Source of the DNA: an uncultured Bacteroidota bacterium
GTDB lineage: Bacteria > Bacteroidota > Bacteroidia > Bacteroidales > GCA-2748055
Assembly: GCA_963713725.1 (NCBI GenBank)
Contig: CAVQMZ010000024.1
Location: 5,664 to 69,663, forward strand
Direction: 5' to 3'
Length of the DNA: 64,000 bases
A program made the translations under genes and the position numbers. Positions 19,455 to 27,930 of the stretch are shown one piece after another. The notes beneath the pieces are model-generated. The model worked only from the letters and a program-made list of their open reading frames with translations, was not told the DNA's origin and did not search any database. Every line of letters begins with the position of its first letter. Position 1 is the stretch's first letter.

Positions 19455-21474
19455 ATGAGATTCCTTAGGCTATTTGCGACTTTTTTTCTGCTATCAGGTC
19501 TGGGATATTCCACTTTTGAAATCAATGCCCAGGCTTGCTACGAACTTGTGTGGAGTGATGAATTCAATTATTCTGGGCTGCCAGATTCAACGCTTATGGA
19601 CCCACGAGGTTGGTGGAAATGGCTGGGGAAACAATGAGCTGCAGTATTATACAGACCGCAGATTTGAAAATTCCAGGGTGGAAAATGGAACCCTGGTGAT
19701 AGAGGCGATAAAAGAGGAATACGGAGGCAATAGCTATACTTCAGCCAGGCTGATTACTTATCAGAATGGTGCCTCATTCAAATACGGGAAGATGGAGGCC
19801 AGGATGAAACTACCCTACGGACAGGGGATTTGGCCTGCATTCTGGATGTTGGGTGACGGAATATTTGAAGGGACCTCCTGGCCCGCGTGCGGTGAAATCG
19901 ATATCATGGAGTTGATTGGTGGCGGCCCGGGAAGGGACGATGTGGTTCATGGGACCATTCACTGGTCAGATGCAGGTGAGAACCATGCCATGTATGGAGG
20001 TCAAAAACAGTTGGCTGAAGGAGTGTTTGCAGATGATTTTCACCTTTTTTCAATCGAATGGAACGCAACAAGCATTAAATGGTTCCTTGATGGGATTCAG
20101 TATCACGTAGTGGATATCACCCCTGGAGCCCTTAGCGAATTCCATGAAAAATTTTTCATCCTGCTCAATCTTGCAGTGGGTGGTAACTGGCCGGGGAATC
20201 CTGATGCATCCACAGTGTTCCCACAAAAAATGTATGTGGATTATATAAGGGTATACCAATTGAATACCTCACCGGTGATTAAGGGCGATTCAGTTGTGAT
20301 TGCATCTGAAAAGGGCCTTCGTTTTTCAACGGTAGAATCAATGGATTTTTCATATTTATGGAGTGTTCCTCCAGGTGCAGAAATTGTGGAAGGGCAGGGC
20401 ACCCATTCCATTCTGGTTGATTGGGCTTGTGATACCGGCACGGTTTTCTGCAAGCTGACCACCCTTTGCCAGGCCTACGACCTGGAACATAAGGTAGAGT
20501 TGGATGACATGGAGATCAGCGGGAAAGATCAGGTAGAGCTAAATGAGTCCCAGCTCAGCTATTCAGTTCCCCTTACAGAGGGAGCATCTCACCAATGGCT
20601 TTTGCCGGAGGGAGTGATACTAGATTCAGAAAATGACACAAATTCCATCATGGTGGACTGGAATCATCAGGATGGTGAGATCATTCTCTGGCTATCCAAT
20701 TCTTGTGGTACCGATACAGCTTTCCTGCAAATATCAGTCATCAGTCAGTTGCCCTATCCTGATCCTGACAGTCCGCATCTCATACCGGGGACCATAGAAT
20801 CTGTGCATTTCGACTCAGGTGGAGAGGGAATTTCCTATCATGATTTTGAGCCGGAAAACCTCGGGCCAGGTTCCAGGCAGGATGAAGGAGTTGACATTGA
20901 ACCAAACGACGGAAGTGAAAATATCGGTTGGCTTGAGCCAGGGGAATGGCTGGAATACACCATTGAAGTTGAAAATACAGGATTGTACGATGTGGAAATA
21001 CGAGCCGGTTCCATCAACAGCGCAGGCAGATTCAAGCTATTGTTTAACGGAGAGGAGCGGACCGGTGAGGTGGCTGTCCCTCTGACAGGCTCATGGACCA
21101 ATTTTACAAGCATTTCGCTCAGTGACATACAATTATACAGCACGGATCAAATCATGCGGATCCATATTATCAATGGCCAGTTTAATATGGGGCGCTTGAA
21201 TTTCAGTGAGGCCTCACCTAACCTGGTTGAAAGTCCTGAAAGATTTGAGGTCCATGTGTACCCGTCGCTTGCCGACCACTACATTTTCGTAAATAATATT
21301 CAATATCCACATCAGTATTTTATTTCCGACATGATGGGGCGCCTGGTAAAGAAAGGAGTCATTGAGCCTGATGCCCCTGTTCCTGTTGGAGAACTGGCCC
21401 CTGGGGGATACTATTTATTCCTGGAGCGTGATCAGAATCTGCGGGTAGCTGGAAGGTTTCATAAAGTTAATTAG
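19455..21474 (+). CDS. GH16 endo-beta-1,3-glucanase (laminarinase) with PKD-like repeats, CBM6-like domain and T9SS CTD; one frameshift near 19588-19598
   Basis: The signal peptide and WSDEFNYSG are in the frame of ORF 19380..19637. WTHEVGGNGWGNNELQYYT, the catalytic GEIDIMEL (ExDxxE) and the rest are in ORF 19474..21474. The CBM6-like segment is IGWLEPGEWLEYTIEVENTGLYDVEIRAGS, and the CTD is VYPSLADHYIFV...GGYYLFL. Confidence 0.85.
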
Positions 21475-21484
21475 CAAGTCACCA

Positions 21485-23059
21485 ATGCAAAAGTCGAAAT
21501 TCTATTCTTTTTACATTGCATTCATCGTTGCCCTGGGGGGATTCTTAATGGGTTTCGATGCATCTGTTATCTCGGGTGTCATCAAGTTTGTCTCCATCGA
21601 ATTCGATTTATCGGCCGCACAGCATGGTTTTGCGGTCGCCAGTCTGACCCTTACGGCCACCCTTTCCATGATGTTCTCCGGCCCCTTATCAGACCGTATC
21701 GGCCGTAAAAGAGTCCTTATCATCGCCGCACTGTTGTTTTTCATTTCAGCCGTCTTCTCAGCCCTGTCCGAAAGTTACACACAGCTTGTGATCGCCAGGA
21801 TGATCGGGGGCCTGGGAGTAGGGGCAGCATTGATCATACCTCCCATGTATATAGCCGAGATTGCCCCTCCAAAAATACGCGGGCGACTGGTTTCTTTTAA
21901 CCAGCTGAATATCGTCATTGGACTTTCTGCAGCCTTTTTTACCAATTATCTGATTCTGAAGCTGGGAGACTCAGACGCGGCATGGGTAAGTGATATCAGA
22001 CTTGCTGAAAACAACTGGCGCTGGATGCTTAGCCTTGAGGCCCTTCCCGCTGTTCTCTATTTCGGCTTACTGTTTTTTGTCCCGGAAAGCCCGAGGTGGC
22101 TGGCCATGAAGGGGAATGAGGCAAAAGCCATTGAGGTCATGTCAAGATTCGAGAAAGGGGAGACGGCAAGAGAGGAGTTTAACCTGGTTCTTGCTTCCAT
22201 CAAAAGTGGAGGCAACAAAAAGAAGATTCCATTGCAGGAACTTTTCCGTCCAACCATGCGCTTTGTGCTCACCATCGGGATCGTCATTGCCATCCTGCAG
22301 CAAATTACAGGGATCAATGCAGTATTCTTCTATGCCCCCATGATATTTGAGCAGACAGGGATTGGGACCGATGCAGCTTTTGCCAATGCCGTTATCATCG
22401 GGCTTACCAACCTTGTATTCACCATTGTGGCCATTGCATTTGTAGACAGGCTGGGAAGAAAACCTTTGCTCTCTTTCGGGCTGGCGGGGATCATTATCTC
22501 CATGTTCTTGCTTGCGGGATGCTTTAAATTTGCCGAATATAAAGTTGACCGCCAGGCCATTGATGAGCTGAAAGCTCACGAGGATTATGAAGCATTCAGA
22601 GAGATCGAACAGCTTGAAGGTGCTGTTTTTAAAAGTGATGTAGCGTTCAAGCAAAGACTGTCAGAACTGCTAGATCCACAGCTTATCAAAAAATATGAAA
22701 GCGAGATACTAAGCAGTACGATTACCATTAACGCATGGTTGGTGCTGATTGGGATCATTGGTTTTGTGGCTTCCTTTGCCGTTTCCCTGGGGCCGGTGAT
22801 GTGGATCCTTTTTTCCGAACTTTTTCCTGACAGACTTCGAGGCCTGGCTATTTCTTTTGTGGGAGTGATCAACTCTGCCGTAAGTTTTCTTGTGCAACAG
22901 CTTTTTCCATGGGAATTATCCTACATCGGAAGTTCCGCAACCTATTTCATTTTTGGCCTTTTTGCAGTTGCCGGATTGCTGTTCGTACTCATCAAACTTC
23001 CTGAAACCAAGGGGAGGTCCCTGGAAGAGCTGGAAGAGATACTCATCAAAAAAAGATAG
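21485..23059 (+). CDS. MFS sugar porter family transporter
   Basis: 524-aa ORF with GRKRVLIIAALLFF, PESPRWL and PETKGRSLEELE signatures. It carries an extra hydrophilic insert of about 65 aa (KVDRQAIDELKAHEDYEAFREIEQLEG...) in the C-terminal half. Confidence 0.85.
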   Translation: MQKSKFYSFYIAFIVALGGFLMGFDASVISGVIKFVSIEFDLSAAQHGFAVASLTLTATLSMMFSGPLSDRIGRKRVLIIAALLFFISAVFSALSESYTQLVIARMIGGLGVGAALIIPPMYIAEIAPPKIRGRLVSFNQLNIVIGLSAAFFTNYLILKLGDSDAAWVSDIRLAENNWRWMLSLEALPAVLYFGLLFFVPESPRWLAMKGNEAKAIEVMSRFEKGETAREEFNLVLASIKSGGNKKKIPLQELFRPTMRFVLTIGIVIAILQQITGINAVFFYAPMIFEQTGIGTDAAFANAVIIGLTNLVFTIVAIAFVDRLGRKPLLSFGLAGIIISMFLLAGCFKFAEYKVDRQAIDELKAHEDYEAFREIEQLEGAVFKSDVAFKQRLSELLDPQLIKKYESEILSSTITINAWLVLIGIIGFVASFAVSLGPVMWILFSELFPDRLRGLAISFVGVINSAVSFLVQQLFPWELSYIGSSATYFIFGLFAVAGLLFVLIKLPETKGRSLEELEEILIKKR

Positions 23060-23063
23060 GAAT

Positions 23064-24368
23064 ATGATAATGAATAAACTCCCTCTTATAGCCATCATGT
23101 TATTTGTAATAAGTACGGTATCATGCAGGAATAACAATCCTTCTGAAGGACCTGTGAGTGTTGAATTGAAGAAAAATGACCTGGGTTATGATCGTTTGTT
23201 TGTGAATGGTGAGGAATTTTTTGTGGTGGGTGCTGGTCTGGAATTCGGAAATGTGGAGGCCCTGGCCGCTTCCTCCGGGAATTCTTTCAGGACCTGGCGT
23301 ACAAGAAACCCGGATGAAGACGCTATTGATGTGCTGAATTGTGCGCATAGGAATGGTTTGCTGGTGCTGATGGGGCTTGATGTGGCCAGGGAACGACATG
23401 GATTTGATTACAACGATGCCGATGCAGTCAGGAAGCAATTCGAATTTCTGAAAGGGGAGGTTGAGCGTCTGAAGGATCATCCTGCGCTCCTGGGCTGGGC
23501 CATCGGAAATGAACTGAATCTTGAGGCTTCCAATCTGAAAGTATACGATGCAGTGAATGAAATATCACAAATGATCCATGAGATCGACCCGAAGCATCCC
23601 ACCACCACCACCCTGGCCGGTATAGGGAAACGTGAGGTTGATTATATCAAAGAGCATTGCAAGGACATTGACTTCCTTTCAATTCAGATGTACGGCGATA
23701 TTGTGAACCTTCAGAAACGCATCAGCGATGCCGGATGGGAAGGCCCCTATATGGTAACAGAATGGGGGGCAACAGGTCACTGGGAAGTAGCCCGGACAGA
23801 ATGGGGTGTGGCCATTGAGCAAAACAGCAATGAGAAAGCGGAAGCATTTATTGACAGGTACAAGCTGGCCATCCTTTCGGACCCTGTTCATTGCCTGGGA
23901 TCCTATGTGTTCCTCTGGGGACAGAAACAGGAACGGACCCCCACCTGGTATGGCATGTTCCTGGCCAACGGCAATATCACGGAAACAGTTGATGCGGTGC
24001 AATATGCCTGGACTGGAGAATGGCCCGGGAACCGCTGTCCTACACTTGACTCGTTTCGGCTTGAAGGACAATCAGCCTATGATAACATCCGGCTCAAGGC
24101 TGGCGGGAAATTCAGAGCTGAAGTGGCTGCAACCGAACACGAAAATGAAATGATGTCTTATCGCTGGGAGTTGCTTCCTGAGAGTACCGATCTTGGAATG
24201 GGAGGTGATATTGAAGACCATCCCGGAATCCTGATTTCATTTGTTACTGACCAGGGAGAAGCAGAGATTGAAACTCCACAATTACCTGGAGCCTACAGGC
24301 TTTATGTGTATGTGACAGATGAGGGGAATCGGTCCGCCACTGCAAATATTCCTTTTCTAGTAGAGTAA
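23064..24368 (+). CDS. lipoprotein clan GH-A (TIM-barrel) glycoside hydrolase; family uncertain, GH158-type beta-1,3-glucanase is my best guess
   Basis: I moved the start to the internal ATG at 23064, which gives MIMNKLPLIAIMLFVISTVSC (lipobox). The track ORF from 22890 overlaps the MFS gene. A candidate acid/base is in LLGWAIGNELN and a candidate nucleophile in YMVTEWGATG. The C-terminal roughly 100 aa looks Ig-like. Confidence 0.55.
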   Translation: MIMNKLPLIAIMLFVISTVSCRNNNPSEGPVSVELKKNDLGYDRLFVNGEEFFVVGAGLEFGNVEALAASSGNSFRTWRTRNPDEDAIDVLNCAHRNGLLVLMGLDVARERHGFDYNDADAVRKQFEFLKGEVERLKDHPALLGWAIGNELNLEASNLKVYDAVNEISQMIHEIDPKHPTTTTLAGIGKREVDYIKEHCKDIDFLSIQMYGDIVNLQKRISDAGWEGPYMVTEWGATGHWEVARTEWGVAIEQNSNEKAEAFIDRYKLAILSDPVHCLGSYVFLWGQKQERTPTWYGMFLANGNITETVDAVQYAWTGEWPGNRCPTLDSFRLEGQSAYDNIRLKAGGKFRAEVAATEHENEMMSYRWELLPESTDLGMGGDIEDHPGILISFVTDQGEAEIETPQLPGAYRLYVYVTDEGNRSATANIPFLVE

Positions 24369-24407
24369 CTCCAGCCGGTAGCCACGGAACAAGGTCGAAA
24401 AGAATCT

Positions 24408-27400
24408 ATGTTCACCATGAATAAGAATAAGGAAATTTATTATGGCCAGTCAAAGCTGGTTACATCAGGAAAGAGGATAGGAGGCGGAATCACAGAACTG
24501 GATGGAGAGGTGTTTTACCGGATTTCAGATTACGACCGTATGCAGCCTTTTTTTATGTCCATAGTCAGCAGTTCGGACCACTGGATGTTCATATCGGCTA
24601 CAGGGGGGCTTACCTGTGGTCGAAAGGATCCTGAAAATGCCCTTTTCCCGTATGATACAGATGACAAGATCCATGATGCTTCTTCAAGCACAGGCTCACG
24701 GAGCATAATCCTTGTGGAAATGGAAGGCCGTTGCAGCCTGTGGGAACCTTTCCGTACCGATCTTCCGGGCGTTTATAAAACCACGAGCAATCTGTATAAA
24801 AACAGGGTAGGGAACAAACTGATATTCGAGGAGATAAACCACTCCCTTGGGCTAATGTTCCGTTATACCTGGATGAACAGTGCCAGATTTGGCTTTGTAA
24901 AGCAATCTGAAATAAGAAATATAGGCACGGGACGGGAAGTGTCTGTCAGGTTTATTGACGGGATCCGAAACATACTTCCTTATGGCGTGAACCGCATGTT
25001 GCAGGCAAACATGAGCACCCTCGTTGATGGGTATAAGAAATGTGAATTGGATGAAGGGACCGGGCTTGGGATCTATACCCTCAGCTCAATTCTGACAGAC
25101 AAGGCAGAACCAAGTGAAGCCTTGAAGGCAACTACGGCATGGTCGACTGGACTGGAGAATACAAAATATCTCCTGTCTGTGGACCAGTTTCCCACCTTCA
25201 TGAGGGGATCAGTCCCGGAAACAGAATCCTCACTGAAAGGCAGGCGCGGGGCATATTTTGTTTGCGGGGAGCTTGAACTCGGTCCGGGACAGAGCAGGGA
25301 CTGGCTCATAGTAGCCGATATAAACCAGGGGCCTTCGGATGTATTCTCCACAATCAATTTACTTCAGAAAGGTGGGGGTAAGCTTAAAAACCTGGTCCTT
25401 GATGATGTTATGCAGGGCACAGGATTCCTGAAGGAACTTGTTACTATGGCTGACGGGGAACAGATGTCGGCCGACAGACTGATGACAGCGAGGCATTTCT
25501 CAAATACCATGTTCAATATCATGCGGGGTGGAATTTTTTCCAGCAACTACCTTGTTGATACTTCAGATCTAAAGGAGTTTGTCGGGAAGTGGAATTCAGT
25601 GGTATATGAAAAACAGAAGGCCTTTCTTGAGAACCTGGAACCATCTGTAAATTATCATCTTCTTCTGGAAGCTTCCAGGGAAACCCGAGATCCGGATTTC
25701 ACAAGGCTTGTTTATGAATACCTGCCCCTGACCTTCAGCCGGAGGCACGGAGATCCCAGCAGGCCGTGGAATCAGTTTTCCATCGATGTAAAAAAAACCG
25801 ACGGGAGTCAGAAGCTGTATTACCAGGGTAACTGGCGTGATATTTTTCAGAACTGGGAAGCACTGGCAATTTCCTACCCCGGTTATATTGAAAGTTTTAT
25901 AAGCAAATTTGTTAATGCGTCCACTATAGATGGTTACAATCCCTATCGGGTAAGCAGGGACGGGATTGATTGGGAGATTCTGGATCCTGACGATCCATGG
26001 TCCAATATCGGATACTGGGGTGACCACCAGATTATATATTTGTTACGGCTCATTGAACTATCCATGAAATATCATCCCGGGGAGCTGGCAAAACACTTAT
26101 CTGCCAATCTATTTGTTTACGCAAATGTACCTTACCGGATAAGGCCCTATGATCAACTGGTGGCTGATGCTAACAACAGCATTAAGTATGATGCAGACCT
26201 GGAAAGAGTCATTGCAGAAAGAGTTGAGAGAACAGGTGCGGACGGAAAGCTGCTATTCAACCAGGCAGAAAAGGTGCTGAAAACAAATCTGGCAGAAAAG
26301 ATCCTGGTTACTCTTTTATCCAAGCTCAGCAACTTTATTCCCGAAGGCGGTATATGGATGAATACCCAGAGGCCCGAATGGAATGATGCCAACAATGCAT
26401 TGGTGGGGAATGGCCTTTCGATGGTCACACTCTATTATCTCAGGCGATTCATCACTAAGATGGATGAGCTTTTCGGATTTATGCCAGGTCCCTTCCTGAT
26501 AGCCGAGGAGGTGGCTGATTTGCTCCTGGAAATTTGGAATATTCTCCACAAAGAGAAAAAACTGTTGATCGGCAGTCTAAGTGATGCCAGTCGCAGGGGG
26601 ATCGTCGATCAGCTGGGACTGGCAGGCAGCAAATACCGGAAATCGATCTACGATAGGGGTTTTTCTGAAAAAAAGGCAGAGATTACAGCCTCCCGCCTGA
26701 AGGAATTCTTCACCCTGAGCCTGGAATTCCTGGACCATACAATCGATTCCAACAGGCGCCCGGACAGACTCTTCCATTCTTACAACCTGATTGAATTTGT
26801 AGAGGGTAGTTGCAGTGTTGCCCCCCTTTATGAGATGCTCGAGGGGCAAGTGGCGGTATTGAGCTCGGGATATCTTGATGTGAAGGAAACATTGGGTGTC
26901 CTGGATGCCCTGCGGGAGAGCAAAATGTACAGACCTGACCAGAATTCATACATGCTCTACCCGGACAAGGAGCTTCCGGGATTCCTTGAAAAGAACCTTA
27001 TCCCCAGGGGAGGCCTGGATCAGTCAGCCTTCCTGTTGGACGAAATTCGTAGTGGGAGACAGGAGATTATTGAGGAGGATGAGAACGGGAATGCCCATTT
27101 TAACGGATCCCTGCGAAATGTTGCTGAACTGAAGGAGAGGCTGGATAGCCTGGATGATATTTCTCCCCGGGATAAGAAGGAAGTATGCGAGCTCTATATG
27201 GACTGTTTTAATCACAGGCAATTCACAGGTCGCTCAGGCACTTTCTTTAAGTATGAGGGTCTGGGGAGCATATACTGGCATATGGTCTCCAAACTTTTAC
27301 TGGCAGTAAAGGATGTATATCTTCAGGCAGAACAAAAAGAGGCGGAACCAGAGCTCTTATCCAGGATCAAAGATCATTATGATCAGATAAAGGACGGCCT

Positions 27401-27854
27401 GGGATTAAAGAAGACACCCGATGTTTATGGTGCATTCCCTACGGATCCCTATTCCCATACCCCAGGATTCAGCGGGGTTCAGCAACCCGGTATGACCGGG
27501 CAGGTCAAGGAAGATGTGATCACCCGTTTTGGTGAGTTAGGCGTGATCATTGAAGAGGGCTCAGTCAGGTTCAATCCCTTGTTGTTGCCTGAACAGGAGT
27601 ATCGACACTCAGGATTAAAATGGGAGTTGAACCGACAGTTAATTACTCTCGAAAAGGATGAACTGGGCTTCACTCTGTGCGGCACCCCTGTTATCTACAG
27701 GATGGGGAATTCCGCATTCACCAGGGTTGAACTGTCAGACGGTGAAGAGATCATGCTTTCCCCTCCTTGTATACTGGATAAAGAGCTGAGTAATCATCTC
27801 TTTAACAGAACCGGTCATATCAAATCCATCCGGGTGGAGTTTTCCGGCGGTTAA
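24408..27854 (+). CDS. large cytoplasmic GH94/GH149-like glycoside phosphorylase candidate (beta-1,3-glucan phosphorylase)
   Basis: 1148-aa ORF with no signal peptide. Motifs seen are RRHGDPSRPWNQF, GNWRDIFQNWE, GYWGDHQIIY and RPEWNDANNAL, the last resembling the DWND catalytic-Asp region of GH94 phosphorylases. It sits next to an MFS importer within a beta-glucan PUL. Confidence 0.5.
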   Translation: MFTMNKNKEIYYGQSKLVTSGKRIGGGITELDGEVFYRISDYDRMQPFFMSIVSSSDHWMFISATGGLTCGRKDPENALFPYDTDDKIHDASSSTGSRSIILVEMEGRCSLWEPFRTDLPGVYKTTSNLYKNRVGNKLIFEEINHSLGLMFRYTWMNSARFGFVKQSEIRNIGTGREVSVRFIDGIRNILPYGVNRMLQANMSTLVDGYKKCELDEGTGLGIYTLSSILTDKAEPSEALKATTAWSTGLENTKYLLSVDQFPTFMRGSVPETESSLKGRRGAYFVCGELELGPGQSRDWLIVADINQGPSDVFSTINLLQKGGGKLKNLVLDDVMQGTGFLKELVTMADGEQMSADRLMTARHFSNTMFNIMRGGIFSSNYLVDTSDLKEFVGKWNSVVYEKQKAFLENLEPSVNYHLLLEASRETRDPDFTRLVYEYLPLTFSRRHGDPSRPWNQFSIDVKKTDGSQKLYYQGNWRDIFQNWEALAISYPGYIESFISKFVNASTIDGYNPYRVSRDGIDWEILDPDDPWSNIGYWGDHQIIYLLRLIELSMKYHPGELAKHLSANLFVYANVPYRIRPYDQLVADANNSIKYDADLERVIAERVERTGADGKLLFNQAEKVLKTNLAEKILVTLLSKLSNFIPEGGIWMNTQRPEWNDANNALVGNGLSMVTLYYLRRFITKMDELFGFMPGPFLIAEEVADLLLEIWNILHKEKKLLIGSLSDASRRGIVDQLGLAGSKYRKSIYDRGFSEKKAEITASRLKEFFTLSLEFLDHTIDSNRRPDRLFHSYNLIEFVEGSCSVAPLYEMLEGQVAVLSSGYLDVKETLGVLDALRESKMYRPDQNSYMLYPDKELPGFLEKNLIPRGGLDQSAFLLDEIRSGRQEIIEEDENGNAHFNGSLRNVAELKERLDSLDDISPRDKKEVCELYMDCFNHRQFTGRSGTFFKYEGLGSIYWHMVSKLLLAVKDVYLQAEQKEAEPELLSRIKDHYDQIKDGLGLKKTPDVYGAFPTDPYSHTPGFSGVQQPGMTGQVKEDVITRFGELGVIIEEGSVRFNPLLLPEQEYRHSGLKWELNRQLITLEKDELGFTLCGTPVIYRMGNSAFTRVELSDGEEIMLSPPCILDKELSNHLFNRTGHIKSIRVEFSGG

Positions 27855-27896
27855 GCCGGCTCCATTCTATTGGTGATAGGATATTTATTCTGTTAG

Positions 27897-27914
27897 TTTC
27901 GAGAGGGGAGAGGC
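27897..27914 (+). repeat. solo 18-nt seed (TTTCGAGAGGGGAGAGGC) of the conserved repeat module found at 31.5-36.3 kb
   Basis: It is identical to the corresponding 18 nt of repeat copies C (33738-33755) and E (36171-36188). It is intergenic, between the phosphorylase-like gene and the 3' end of the TonB receptor. Confidence 0.7.
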
Positions 27915-27930
27915 AGGCATAATACTTTCT

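Noticed and set aside
22890-23063. Long 5' extension of the glycosidase ORF overlapping the 3' end of the MFS gene
   Set aside because: The extension lies inside the MFS coding region in another frame. The internal ATG at 23064 gives a proper lipoprotein signal right after the MFS stop.
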